Positions 13,014 through 58,531 of a DNA stretch of 64,000 nt are shown piece after piece (positions within the stretch are counted from its first letter, which is position 1; each line of letters begins with the position of its first letter). Location: contig CAVNZM010000003.1 in NCBI GenBank assembly GCA_963693365.1, positions 2,679,087-2,743,086 of the forward strand, read 5' to 3'. The notes below the pieces were generated by a model. That model had not been told where the DNA came from. It saw only the letters and a program-made list of their open reading frames with translations, and searched no databases. This DNA is from Amoebidium appalachense. Lineage: Eukaryota; Protista; Ichthyosporea. The position numbers and the translations under genes were made by a program.

Positions 13014-14480
13014 AGTTGTCCGACCATATAATTTCTGCCAAAAATTCTAGTACAAGTTACTATTATTGCGATGTGCGGGTTGGCAAGTGTAGGGGCTCCA
13101 ATCGATGGTCATCGGCCGTGGCCGGCGGGGCCAGGAGGCCATGCATATGTTGGACAAGTACATGTTGCCAGCTAGGCGGCTGCAACTGCATGCGCAGCCT
13201 GTTGTCTGCCTGTTGAGGGTTGGCAAGCGGGAGCCGCGGAGCTGAGCCCACGAGCGATCGCGAGACTGAATGATCGTGGCTCAGTGTGGATCTATTCAAC
13301 ATATTGGCCAATCAAATAGAGGAACATTTCGCGCCTAAAACACGATTGATGGTTGGAGCTGTCGGACGGAGATTTGTGCATTCCGATGTCTCCCGGACAA
13401 CCTCCGCAGTCCGCACTCGGCAGGCCTGATCACGAGGGTTCTATAAAACTTGAGGCCACACAGAAACATTCCTTGTAAAAGACCAATCGCACTCTCGCAC
13501 GGCACATGTAGTCTGCAGTGTGTTGTTGCAGTTGTTAAGGGGATCGACCATGGACACCGGAAGGAAAGCCGGGTACGTTGCTTTAGGGTGTTGGTTGCAT
13601 ACACCCGAGTCTTCCTTTCTTTTCCCCTTTTTGGCAATGGTTTGCATCTCGCCCGTGCGTATTTGTGGGGTCTACGTTGCTTGCCTGTGCCACGTGCGTC
13701 CAATATTGGCCGGGAATATGCGTGCTGGTTTGACTGCTGCTAGTTGGATGGATCCAATCTCGGAGGCAGCCATTACTCACCTTCTTGTGTCCATGTGCCT
13801 CCCCCCTTCCCCCCCCCCCCCCCCCCCCTTCCCCCCCTCCCCCCCCCCCCCTCACCCCCTCTCCCTCTCACCCCCCTTCTTCTCTCCCCACAACCCCCAC
13901 GCCGTTTTTTCAACAGACCTTTTTGAACTCCCCTTTTTGTGTCGAACGCGTGGATCCAGTAGTGGTGTTGGGCGTGTTCTCTTTTCAGATCGGTGACTGC
14001 GAAAAACTCTCCCTGTGTGTGTGTCAAAGCAACTCAATGCGACATTGTACACCATATGTCTGTGAATGTGCACGTGTGTATTTGAAGTACTCAAAGTGCT
14101 TAGGTGCTGATTCTGTTCTAGATATCCGTCCTGTAAACCACATCACACGGTAGTGCCTGCAACAGCCTTCAGCAAATCATCCCACCGTGGGAGTGTCTGC
14201 CCTCCCCAAAGCTGAACGTTGACAACTTGCGTATTTTTGCTACCCTATTAGCATCAAGCAATTTACGGAACCTGCTTCCTCTATATGTTCCTGATTATCA
14301 CACTGGGCACGCAGGGACAACGGTCTGTATGGCCTGGACGTGGATTCGAATACAGCAGCAACTATGCTGGCCGGCCCGAGGTTAACCCCCCCCTTCCCCC
14401 TTCCTCTCCCCCCCCCCCACACACACCCTCTTCCCCTCCCCTCTCTACACACGCACACACAGCTGCGCGCGCACGCCCAC

Positions 14481-14536
<56 letters not shown>

Positions 14537-15565
14537 ACACACACACACGCCACCACCAACAGCAACTACCCCACTACCCCCCCTCGCCCCCACCCTTCCC
14601 CCCCCCCCCCCCCCCCCCCCCCCTCCCTGCCTCAGCGCACATTAAAAAAATAAACCCTTTCTTCCAGCCACGAACCCCGCAACCTATGAATATCAACCTC
14701 CAACCTCAGTGTGTTCAATGACGTATCCCCCCCCCTCCCCCCTGCCTCCCCCCCCCCCCCCCCCAACCCACGCACCCATTTAAAGCTTCTTGTCCTTTCG
14801 GATCTACTTTCACCTCCCCCCCCTCCCCCCACCTTTGCACCCATCTCCCTTTCCCATTCTCCCCCCCCCACCCCCCCCTCTCACCCTCCTCTTTCTCCCC
14901 TCTTTGCCCACCTCCACCATCATCATCATCAAACATCAGTCATTGTCAGGCAAACCTCCCACACTCCTCAATCCAACCCCTGAGCTACTTCAATGCCGTC
15001 TCTCCCCCCTGTAGCATGCGCCCCCTGAATTCTTCCCCCCAATACCCCCGCCTCCCTCCAACTCCCCTAACCCATCTCACAACCCACATGACCACCCGGA
15101 AGCAATGCACCAGAAACAAAGAAAAATTAGTGAAGAAAGTCACGGCTACACGATGACTAAGAGAAAAGCGGAAGAATTGTCAGTAGCCTGCCATCTGTTA
15201 AAGTTCAGTTACTGACCCGTCAATATCTCTCTCTCCCTCTCTCTACCTGTCTATCCTTTTCTCCATCCCTCTCTCCCTCCCTCCCCCCTCCCATCCCCCC
15301 CCCCCCCCCCCCCCCCCCACCTCCCTCACTTCCTATGTCTCTCCAGCCCCTTTCTGCTCTTATCTCTCTCTCTCTCCCACTCTTCCTTTCCCTCTCCCGT
15401 TCTGCCTCTCCTTCTGCCTCTCCCACCCTCTCTCTCCCCTCCCCCCCCCCCCCCCCCCCCCCGTGTGTGTGTGTGTGTGTGTGTGTCTGTGTGTGTGTGT
15501 GTGTGTATGTGTGCATGTGTGTGATCGTGGATCCAACCAATTGGTATTGATGCACGTCCATCAAC

Positions 15566-22980
<7,415 letters not shown>

Positions 22981-23202
22981 GTGTGATTTCCCCGCATTTG
23001 CTTATTGTTATTGTTATTGTTGTTGTTGTTGTTATTAGTTGTATCTCGGAATATACATGTAGAATTAGATCTGTGATTATAATGAATGCACGGTAGTGCA
23101 CACATCCAACACATCCATGTACAAACACGAGGCTCTGCAGGTTTGTGTGTGCGCACTTCATTCATCTCACGCCTTGGTTGCAGACAAAACACACCGGAGC
23201 TG

Positions 23203-23296
<94 letters not shown>

Positions 23297-24188
23297 CACG
23301 CGCCACACACGCACGCACACATACACACACGCATGCATGCACACACACACACGCATGCACACACACACACGCATGCACACACACACACGCATGCACACAC
23401 ACACACACACACAATTCTGTAGACACCTTGAAGCACACACCAATTGTTACACACGTACTAAACATCGGATTGGTTGACATACGTGTACGTAGAAACTTCA
23501 CAGTCATAACATTAAATACTGACATAGATAGCCCTGTCTAGTAACCAACTTTTTTCCCTGTGTATGGTCATCTTACGTGCAACATGTGTGGTCTATGAGT
23601 GACGTCGCAGGCGGTTAGGCGGGCGGGCTAAAAATCTCCCTGCGGGGGGCTGGGGGAGGGGGCTGCTGTTGTATCTGAAATTCTCTTCAGCCCAGTCACC
23701 ACACCAGTGGCCACAACAGAGCAGCAAAATGTTATTTTTAGCCGACACAGCCTATGTATGCTGCTGGTATTATAATAGTATGTTAGGTATTATTAGGCCT
23801 TAACAGACTTTTTTTTTTATGTTTTATCCTTTCTTTCTGATCGTCATAATGTTTCCTCTAATATGTATTGGTTTACTTTCAACCCACACTTCTTTCCTTA
23901 TACAAACAGCCGAATCTACAGGGACATGTCAAAGTTTAAAGAAACAACGGAGAAATGCCGTAACTTACATGCATTGGCCAAGAAAAAACGAACTTTAAAA
24001 AAATTGTGGAGGGATAACATAAAACATTAACAATTTACCTCTGCTACCTACCGTATTTGGAGCTTTTGTGTGCAACACGAGGTAAAAATATATCGGAGAA
24101 CAACAACAACTAAAAAACAACACAACCCATGCATTCGGTGGGGAGTTACAGACCACGAGAAATCACAGCTCACAAACCAATCAATTGA

Positions 24189-28136
<3,948 letters not shown>

Positions 28137-28848
28137 CTGTTTTTGAATGTTGGGGTTCAAGGTATTGGTAGAGGTGTCATAAAATATAGCAGTCGCTGTC
28201 CCCCAGCCCTGGTGATGGTGTCTTAATCTTTCGGAGCTACCGAAAAATTAACACACCGGATCACAATATCATACTGTGCAGCATTAATAAGGTGATCTAG
28301 GATAGTCATCTTAAAACGGATATATTGAGGAAGAGAGGAAGAAAAGAGAATAAAACCGCCAATAACCTCCGGTTCTAATACGTTAGCTAACAGGTTGCAC
28401 TTATTGATAGATATGCAGCCCAGGTCTATCAGATACCCTTACTTGTGCCATCACGAGATCTACTGGGGGTTTACGCTGTTTACTCGAGGCAAAGAGAACC
28501 AGTCTCAGGTATGGGGGGGGGGGGTTTGCTCGGAATATCCCCTCAGCGGTATATCATGATCACGTACATAGATGTCGGGTGGTGACTATATATCAGGGTT
28601 TACTTTCTCTACGAGACACCATAAAGACTACAAGGAGAAATCAATTAGTTGGGGTTCCCCGTTTTTTTTTTTTTTTTTCTACTGGCCCCCGCCCGCCCGG
28701 CTGTGGATGTTGGCCTTCTTGATCACCGCCGATTCCCCCGCGCCCACCGCTCATGCTCTTGCTTGCCTCTGTGATGGCGATCCCGCCCGCCAATCCGTTT
28801 GTTCCATTGGTCTTATCGTTCGCCCTTTTGTTTTGGTCGCAGTAGCAT

Positions 28849-29288
28849 TTGGATTCTCAGAAGCCAATCATCAATAGTGAAACTATTTCGAATCATGACC
28901 TGATTGGGTGGAAATACAACAATTATCTTTCAAGAAAGCATATTGTTATGTATTTCACCAATCATGGTCTGGCGCTGAATCTTGGCTGCAGGCTATAAAA
29001 GCTGCAGCCGAGAGAAGCCTTGATCAGTCTTCCCTCACTCAGCGCCACTTATACCCAACCCATCCCGCCCGCGTCTTCCTTTTGCTCTCACTCAGTTTCT
29101 GTTAGCTTGCACTCACGATCGGCACTTAGATTTAGGGTAGTACTGCCGTGTGAGTGCAGGCTGTCATCTTTATCGATCTCTTTGCGATTGACTGGCAACT
29201 GGTTTGCCGATCCCAGCCGATCCCAGCCGATTTCAGCTGTCAGAGCTCGAATAAAGTTGAAATCACTTGGATTCTCAGAAGCCAATCA
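28849..29288. promoter_or_regulatory. Divergent promoter region with a duplicated 22-bp motif (TTC-N3-GAA plus CCAAT box)
   Basis: ttggattctcagaagccaatca occurs at 28849-28870 and 29267-29288, between the divergent lectin and P450-A genes. Further CCAAT/ATTGG and cccgcccg motifs lie nearby. Confidence 0.45.
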
Positions 29289-29738
29289 GAACGTACACAT
29301 AATGACTAACGTACACCGTGACGGTGACTGTACAGCCGTGAAGCTGGGGCTGTGAGCAGGTGAGCTTAGTGTTTTTTGGTGGGGCGTAGTCATACAGTGT
29401 GTCACGAGGGGTCGCGGGTTGGTGTGTTCAAGGCTGTGCGGTGGTGGCCTTGTTTTACCCTATGGGCTGCAGGCGTATCCTCTAGTGACGTGAAGTCTGT
29501 TGGTCGATCAGAAGTCATCCACAGTACATTTCAATCCCCTCAGTAGAGATTTGAGAGAGTGGACGGGCATGTGCATGTGAAAACATGACTACATATTCAC
29601 GCCCATAAACAGACAAACGCATGCTAAAGCTGGTGCCTTCAAACAGGCGATTAAGCACGCACACGCACACGTACAGGTACGAGCAACACACAAACCACTC
29701 AAAAGCAACAAGAGACAAACACAGGCACACACATCGTC

Positions 29739-39482
<9,744 letters not shown>

Positions 39483-39720
39483 ATTTATGAACCCCATAGT
39501 GAGTACTCGCTTATCTGTATATATGTTTATTAGATGTATGTAAATGGGACACATTCGCTTTGTCACTGTGCAATTCACTTGTTTGAGCAGACACTGACTC
39601 TATTTCTGAATGAGAGTTTGTATGTGTGCATGTATGAAATGAACATTCGTGCATCAAAAAATTCTAGAGGGCGGTGGAAGCAAATGGGAGGCCGGGGGGG
39701 GGGGGGGGGGGGGGGGGGGG

Positions 39721-40117
39721 TTTGAATGCGGAACACAGTACAAAGTACGCATACACGATGAGACGCATGGTGCAGGACACATGCAAAGGCAAACATTCAA
39801 GTATGCAACATCAGCCATGCGCACAGTATGCGTCATAAGCAGAGCCCATCCTCAGGGAGGGCCCAAGTCATCAATTGCGTCTGAGTTTCGACCCCTTAGC
39901 CCGCGTATATACGACGCTCCAACTCAAACAGCAGCATCAACTGAACTTGGGTGGGTCAACCCGTCTTGATCAAAGACGAGCAGGGTTGCTTATGCAAGCA
40001 AGGTGAGCAGAACGGTGAAGATGTGTGTGCAAACTAATGCAGTGCAGCGAAAAACGCGTATGTGCTTACAGATGCACGACACAGAGCAACCATGCCCGGT
40101 TGCATGGAAGTAAAGAT
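39721..40117 (-). mobile_element. Long, diverged copy of the poly(C)-anchored structured element
   Basis: Bounded by G-runs. Shares the tttgaatgcg terminus and the core 39835-40003 with 52212-52374. Confidence 0.8.
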
Positions 40118-40798
40118 GGGGGGGGGGGGGGGGGAGGAGGTAAAATGCAGATACGTGCTGCGCCATTTGGATTGATAGCACTCACCTCTATATCAATCCC
40201 GCCTTTGATACCATATAAATTCGATAGCACAGATACATTTTTTGCCCGGCTGGAATGGGAGACATGCAGATGTGCAAGGCCCTCCATTTTTAGTCTGACT
40301 GTATGATACTGCACGATGATGTAAATAACACGTGTACAGATGTCATTCACCCTGCCTTCCTTAGAAATAAAATGCCGTGTCTCTTGTACCGTTGAATAGA
40401 TAGGCTTTCAAATCAAACAAGCCGTCAACAGATCTGCCTGTAAAACATGTTGCACTGGGTGTGCAGCTGACAGTGTTACCTTCGCCTGCCTGGGGCCGTC
40501 TTGATTAATTTTTCACCATTCTGTGTGCATGATGTGTAACTAATTTCTTGACTGGCCAATGAGCAGTCGTCGGTATTGATACATTGCTTTTCTGTCATAA
40601 TTTACCATCTGTGAGACATGCGCTTCTGAATCACTACAATTAAATAATAACATCTCGGGATTGTTGGACACACCCATGCACAAGTATGTGCACAGTTACA
40701 TACACCGGTAGTGCCAAGCACACATGGCATGTGCGAGGCTCTCTTTAGCACACAGTCACACTGCACACACGCGCGCACACACACTTACACACACAAAC

Positions 40799-40862
<64 letters not shown>

Positions 40863-40866
40863 GTGG

Positions 40867-40910
<44 letters not shown>

Positions 40911-40911
40911 G

Positions 40912-40969
<58 letters not shown>

Positions 40970-41863
40970 GCACATACACATACACACACAACATCCAACA
41001 CCACCAACACCACCACTGGGCCACCAACACACACACACACACACACACACATACGTGTACACACACACGCACACAAAAAAAAAAAGAAAAAGAAAAAAAA
41101 AAAAGAAAGAAAGAAAGAAAAGAAAAGAAAAGTCGGGAAGAAAGAAAGAAAGACAAAAGAAAGAAAGAAGAATATAAAAGGAGCCCCCGAGCCCGATGGC
41201 CATGCTTATAAGGCAAAACCCCCAACGTACCTCTTTCATTATGCAGGGAAAAAACCCCTGACGGTCGTAGCTACTAGATGCTACACCAGATACTACAGGG
41301 CCCTGTACATTACAGCAATAGCAGCTAACCCATTACCTACACAATGATTGCACTACGGGGGCACTACCGTGCCCATGCCCATGTCTGCTGGCCATGCACA
41401 CCGTCTATCTTACCATTTTATTATTTTTTTATTATTTTTTTATCCGTTTTGTTCTCGGAGGGACCCTCAGGCTCCGGGTGCTATGGTGCCGGGCATCAGC
41501 TAAGCTAACACACCTATACCAATCATAACAAAACCATTCGTACACACTTAGCCAAGGGTTTTCGGCTCAGACTTGCCGGTGTAGCATCACTTAGCACCAG
41601 GCTTCCCATCCACTCAAAACCTATGAATAAACTTTAAACACGGGCTGTCATTGGTCCATCTACGGTGGTGGAATGTAGGGTGTGGTGTTGGTGGTGATTA
41701 CGGTGGGTATATGTAGGTGTATGGTGGAATCTGGTGGTAGAACTATTCTACTAAGGATCCAGCGAAACGAGCGGGGCATCTCAAAATCATAATATAATAC
41801 TGCGGGCACATTTTGCACATGATGTCATACAGATCCAGCACACGGTCCACAACAACCTCCACA

Positions 41864-41961
<98 letters not shown>

Positions 41962-42282
41962 CACTGTGTGTGTGTGTGTGTGACACTGTGTGTGTGTGCA
42001 AATGCGTAACCGTTAACAATGTGGGTTGGTAACTTTGTAAGGCATGTAGCGCATTGGGCATGGGAAGGGGGGGGGGGGGGGGGGGGAGGGGAGGGGAGGA
42101 ATAGGGGTGGGAGCGGGAGCATGGGTGATAAAACAGTCTTAATATTCGTCAATGGGGGGTGTTCGAATTGCCAGGTGAGGCGGTGTGTGTGTGTGTGTGT
42201 GTGTGCCATGTGTGTGTGTGTGCCATGTGTGTGTGCATGCGCATGCGTGCGTGCGTGTGTGTGTACGTGTGTGTGTGTGCGT

Positions 42283-42320
<38 letters not shown>

Positions 42321-42903
42321 CACACCACAGTGTGTGCATGTGTGCATTGGGGGAAGAGGGGGGTGGGGGGGGTGGGGAGCAGCATATGTGAGGTGAAACA
42401 TCATAATTTAAATTGAAACAATGCTTTCGTTATAAACTTATGCTGTTGGTAGTTTGTGACAGATGCACTGAGGGTGGAGTTACACGCACCATTGGCCAGC
42501 ATCGAGTCGACAATCGTCTGTGCCACAATGTTCTCGACCACCGTCCACCTGCCGGTGCGAAGAAGTCACTGTAGTTCACCAGCGGTTATAAGGAAGTCAC
42601 TTCCCCAGACACACGGAGGTGTGCCCCTAGGTGCCTATTTTCTACGCTCTCGCTGGGCTGCCGCTGTTGTCCGTACGTGTCGCTTCCAGGGTCGTCAAAC
42701 TTGCGTCTGCCGGTTGTGCCAGGCTTCGCGGGTTATTGCAGCTGAGGCACAAACACTCAGGCACTGCAACAGCCGACACCTTTCCTCGCACACGAGGAAC
42801 GTGAACCGGGCGTGCAATATTGGAGTCGGCATCGTCTCGTTTGGCGAAGTTCTTTCCACGCATGCATGTCGACGCCAGGGGAAGGGGGGGAAGGGAGGGG
42901 TGG

Positions 42904-42936
<33 letters not shown>

Positions 42937-43080
42937 TGTTATTGTGTGTGTGTGTTGTGTGTGGGTGTGTTTGTGTGTCGAAGGGCCGTTTGGGGGTGTA
43001 AGGGGCCCAGTATGTGTGTGTGTGTTGTGTGTGTGTGGGCGAGGGGGGGGGGGGGGGGTGGGGGGGGGGGGGGGGGGGGG

Positions 43081-43217
43081 TACAAATTACACAGCAAACG
43101 GCAGAAAACGACGTTTACACACTGAGGCACTACAATTTGTTTGTAATGTATGAGCATAGAAAAGAGTATGCATAATCAAATCCTTAATTAGCAAAGCCCA
43201 ACATAAACTTCTGGAAA
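43081..43217 (-). mobile_element. Possible distant relative of the poly(C)-anchored element
   Basis: Lies between two G-runs. Contains aaagagtatgcataat and agcaaagccca, matching parts of the 106-bp unit. Confidence 0.4.
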
Positions 43218-43324
43218 GGGGGGGGGGGGGGGGGGGGAGGCTGCAAGTCGGGTGTGTGTGTGTGTGTGTGTGAGTGTGTGAGTGTGTGTGTGTGTGTGTG
43301 CTTGTGTGCATGTGCAGTGTGTGC

Positions 43325-43375
<51 letters not shown>

Positions 43376-43428
43376 TGTGTGTGTGTATCTGTGTGGGAGA
43401 GGGGGGGGAGGGGGGGGGGGTTGCAAAT

Positions 43429-43476
<48 letters not shown>

Positions 43477-43532
43477 GTGTGTGTGTGTGTGTCTGTGTGG
43501 GAGAGGGGGGGGGAGGGGGGGGGGCTGCAAAT

Positions 43533-43609
<77 letters not shown>

Positions 43610-43719
43610 TGCGTATGTGTGTGTGTACGCGTACACGTGTGTGTGTGTGTGTGTGTGGTGTGTATGTGTGTATGTGTGCGTGGTGAGTGTGTAATGTGTG
43701 TGTGCCCCCCTCCCCCCCC

Positions 43720-44236
43720 AAACACACTTCTTTCGGCACTTCCCCAGCCCCCCCCCCCCCCCCCCCGACTATTTCACCCCCCCCACCCCCCTCGCTCTCT
43801 CCCCCCCCCCCCCTCACACACACACACACTTCCGCAGGCACTTCCCCAAACCCCCCCCCCCCTCCCTCCCTCCCCCCCTTTTGAAACAACTTTATGAGCC
43901 ACTTCTCCAGAGCCCCACCACCCCACCCCCTCCCCTCTCGAACCTAATTCCTAAACCACTTCTCCCCCAGCCCCCCCCCCCCCCCCCCCTTGAACCAAAT
44001 TCCTGAGCCACTTCCCCAGCAGCCCCCCCCCCCCCACCCCCCCCACCCCCCCCACCCCCTCGCGTCCCCCCCCCCCTTCTCCCCCCCCCCCCCCCCCCGA
44101 ACCAACTTCCTGAGCCACTTCCCCAGCAGCCCCCCCCCCCCCCCCCTTTGCCCCCATCCTCTTCCTCCCCCCCCCCTCCCCCCCCCCACCTTGAACCAAC
44201 TTTCTAAGCCGCCCCCCTCCCCCCCTCTCCCCTGCC

Positions 44237-44268
<32 letters not shown>

Positions 44269-44797
44269 AAACCAACTTCCTGAGCTAATTGCCCAGCAGC
44301 CCCCTTTCCCCCTCCCCTTGCCCCTGCCCCCAGCCCCCACTGTCCGCAGCCCCCCCCTACCTCCCCCCTTTTGAAACAACTTCTTGAGCCACTTCTCCAG
44401 AGCGCCCCCCCCCCCTCGAACCTAATTCCTGAGCCACTTCCCCAGCAGCGCCCCCCCCCCCCCCCCCCCCCCCCCCCCTTGAACCAACTTCCTGAGCCTC
44501 TTCCCCCAGCAGGCCCCCCTTCCCCCTTGCCCCCCTCCCCTTCCTCCCCTCCTCAAAACAACTTCCTGAGCCCCTTCCCTAGCAGCTCCCCCCCCCATCC
44601 CCCCCATCCCCCCCCCCCTTTCCCTTGAACCAGCTTTCTAAGCGGCTGCCCCCCCCCCCCTCCCTCTCCCCCCGCCGCCGCCGCCCCCCTTTCCCCCCCC
44701 TCCCCCCCCCCTCGGAACCAACTTCCTGAGCCAATTCCCCAGCAGCCCCCCCTTCCCCCCTCCCCTTGCCCCTGCCCCCAGCCCCCACTGTCCGCAG

Positions 44798-44828
<31 letters not shown>

Positions 44829-45069
44829 CCTGAATCAAGCGTCCTTGCCGGAGGGGCGAGCCGAGACCGGAGTTTCGGGACGAGTGGCCAAGTTATTGGC
44901 TGAGGCGTAGCGGGTTAATACCTTAGCAGCCGGTTAATACCTTAGTAGCCGGTTAATACCTTAGTAGCCGGTTAATACCTTAGTAGCCCGGGAATAACTG
45001 AAGTTATACCCGTACCTCGGAATACTGTAACTCAACCCGCAAGCGTACAAACCAACTTCCTGAGCCACT

Positions 45070-45101
<32 letters not shown>

Positions 45102-45153
45102 CCTCCGCCCAAACACACACACTCCCGAACCAACTTCCCAAACCATTTCCTCA

Positions 45154-45160
<7 letters not shown>
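43720..45160. repeat. Complex satellite: aaccaacttcctgagccacttccccagcag motifs separated by poly(C), with an about 490-bp higher-order duplication
   Basis: More than 12 variants of the motif. ttttgaaacaactt..tgagccacttctccagag occurs at about 43879 and about 44369, followed by the same series of variants. Confidence 0.85.
44913..44988. repeat. Four tandem 19-bp repeats GGTTAATACCTTAG(T/C)AGCC
   Basis: Directly visible, with no spacers, inside an about 220-bp unique block (about 44828-45047) that interrupts the satellite. Confidence 0.9.
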
Positions 45161-45199
<39 letters not shown>

Positions 45200-47014
45200 T
45201 TTTTTTCCCCCAAAAGGGAGGCTCGCGCATTAGGTAGAATAGGCATACCTGGAAGCCGAACGCACTGGTTCAAAGCTCACCGTTGAACAACCAGCGCCCA
45301 TTCCAGGTCCGGCGGGGCCCGCCCACCAAAAGCTTTGTGGCCAAGCAGCCCCATCTTCAATGGTATCCTCTAGTAGGCTAGTGTGTGGAGTACGTCGCCG
45401 CACCTGCATGCTCAGGCCCTTGCAATTGTCCGTGCCAAAGTTTGGGCTATGATAGCCGCGTACAGCCGCCAAGCGGGGCGGGGTACGATATTGTAACCCT
45501 GTTGCGGACTGCAGCAGTGCACTGAGCTGCCGCACGGTTCAGGAACTTCGAATTCCCGAGCCGAGTCACTTTCAGGACGTGGAAACCGGTTCCGGAACTC
45601 GGGAAGTTTTCCATTTTTTTCTTCTTTTGACTGGATTTATTCAACGGAAAAGACAGGCAAGTATGCACGGCATACTGAGAAGGCAATAAAAACTTCACGA
45701 GTTACCCATGGCCAGTAACAAGTGCATACTGATATACCTGAAGCCCTGAGCACTGTGTGAAAATCATATGACAAATACAACAAAAGGTCTGAAGTGTTCA
45801 CATTGCCAGCCAGCTGCAGTGTGTTACAGACACCCGTAGGGAAAGAGGCAAAACGCGACACAAAAACTCACACCTATCAACAAGCTCAGCACAAAAAGTG
45901 GCACCAACAGCGATGGAAACAAGAATTACAACGTCACTGCACAACTTCCCAGGCAATATCAACATAAGAGCATCTACTACATAGGGTGGTATCCATAGGC
46001 ACAGCAGGAGAAATGTACCCTGCCAAAGCTCCCAAAAAGCTGGAACACAACACATGCCGACTGAATTTTACCTTTGATTTCTCTATCAGAACGAGAAAGA
46101 AAATTATACTGCATACGATAATAACTCGAAAAGGCAGAAAAACAGGAAGAGAAAAGAAAGAGGGAGTGAGATAGCGAGATCGGGGAACTCTCCAGTTTGG
46201 GGCGGCCGTGAGTCAGGTAGTTGTGGCTGGTTCGGGAAGTTGCCGAGCCGGCTCGGGAAGTAGCCGGCCCGTTTCGTCCGTTTGAAATGCATTCCGATCC
46301 TCAGGAATGCGGGAAATATGCGTGCCCCCAGCCCATTGGTCGTAAGAGCATCCGTCAGGAATTTGGAGCTATCTATCCAATGATATGCTGATTTGGCACA
46401 AACCTGAAGTGTGAAAAGTTGACAACAACCCCTAGACTATGAGTCACTATCAGCCATCAACATGTCACATAAGCGTGGGTGAGCCACTAATAACATTGTA
46501 ATTGTACGTGCAACAGTTAAAGAACTTATTGCTTATGGAGCACGCTTTTATAAACATGAATATTATGTTCTGCAACAAAGTGTGGTAATAAATTAAGTTA
46601 TCAATAAAGAAACGAAACAAATTCATTTGCAGGCGCTTATTGGTCTAGGGGGCACATTCCATTGCCCTTGGGACTTCGTGGCAGTGCCCACAAAAACATG
46701 AACTTACCTGCCAGAAAGACAGTCACTTGGTCATAAAGTTGCAACTTGCAAGTCTTGAGGGAACATGTTTCTATTTAGTATGTAGTATGAGAAAAGAAAG
46801 GCTCTGGACGTGACCAAACCGTTGCCGCTCTGAGGAATACAAGTCTTTTGCCAGTAGCCTAGTTCTTTAGAAAGTTTGTACCCATAATTCATTCACACCA
46901 AACAACCCAACCAACCGTCACCCCCGGCCCTAGTCCTTTAACAAAACCTTATGCATACAAGTGCCTAATAAAATTAGTGCAAACCACTGTTTTTTGCCAC
47001 AAATAGCAAAAAAT

Positions 47015-57331
<10,317 letters not shown>

Positions 57332-58484
57332 GTGAGGGGGGAATGTGGGTGCCCATCATGGCACACACACACGTACACTATATGTGCACATAGACACATA
57401 TATACATGTGCCCTATGTGCCATGGGCACTAAGCCTCGCATGTCTTCATAGATTCCATACCACAGTATGATAGTAGTTATAAATACACACAAACACTTGT
57501 ATACCATGCGTTTAGACACGAAATCAGACATGCACACCATGTGCACATAGACAAAAATGTTTACCCACTGATGTAATAGACATGTGCACGTGTAAGCACC
57601 CACATTAGAGCACACACACGCATGTATATACGAGTACACATCCCTTACATAAAGCACATATTCGCATGTTTTGATTGTTTTTCGGACAAAGCAGGTTCAT
57701 GAATCTGTGGAGGTTTCCGTGTGCAACTCTATTAGAGGGGGGGGGGGGGGGGGGGGGGGGTAAATAGTACGGTGTGCCACTGTAGTATTGGATTGGTGTA
57801 TATACAGACTAACCTGACGAGATGTGATGGTGCTGGTATATACATACTTGTGTGATTGAATCGCAAGAATAAAAGGATATTCAAGGGATACTGACCGATT
57901 TGTAAGGCACGAGCAGGAAAATTTCCTGAGCTTTCAATATAAACAGTGAGAGCCTACACACCACACAATTATAAGCTCGTAACGGTAACGTTCTCCTTTC
58001 TCCTTGGCCTCTTCTCCGCATCTGCATTTTTCTGAAAATAAACGAGATCTAGAGAGGAAGAGGGAACTTGAGGGGGCCTCCGTGGAAGGCGGGAGGGGGG
58101 GGGGGGGGGGGGAGGGAGAGAGAGAGAGAGGGAGGGAGGGAGAGGGAGCGAAAGAGACCCCACCACGTGCACGTGCATGCGCACCACCAACCTCTCCAAC
58201 CTGCATGCACAATCTCACCAGGCCCCTCCTTGTACGTGGTTGTATCTACCAGCAATCGTTCATTTCGATTACTATTATTAGTCACGTGTGGATTATAGGT
58301 AACCGTTGTGCCAGGCCCCTCGTGCACATGTGATCGTGATCATAAAATAAAATGTACATGTGCGCATGCAATGCCGTATGTGTGGTCACCGTGGTGGGGC
58401 GCCGGGGGGGGAGCCTCGGGGTCGGAGGAAATGAGACAATGTCATGAACGTCCCACAAGTCAACTTTGAATTTGTGAATGGGTC

Positions 58485-58516
58485 CACGGCCATCTAGAAA
58501 CACCTAGATGGCCGTG
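58485..58516. mobile_element. P-element excision footprint: fused TIR stubs flanked by a 9-bp duplication
   Basis: gaatgggtc|cacggccatctagaaacac-c-tagatggccgtg|gaatgggtc. The stubs match the outer ends of the TIRs at 59457 and 63269. Confidence 0.85.
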
Positions 58517-58531
58517 GAATGGGTCTTATTC

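Noticed and set aside
28400-28665. Possible LTR or DIRS-like fragment (also 41180-41640)
   Set aside because: No TG..CA ends with TSD, no paired copy and no coding remnant, so it is left unassigned.
44913-44988. CRISPR-like array
   Set aside because: The 19-bp units are head-to-tail with no spacers, there are no cas genes, and the context is eukaryotic.
45230-46330. Possible non-autonomous DNA transposon with tcgggaag/ccgagccg subterminal motifs
   Set aside because: I could not find matching TIRs, a TSD or a recognisable ORF.
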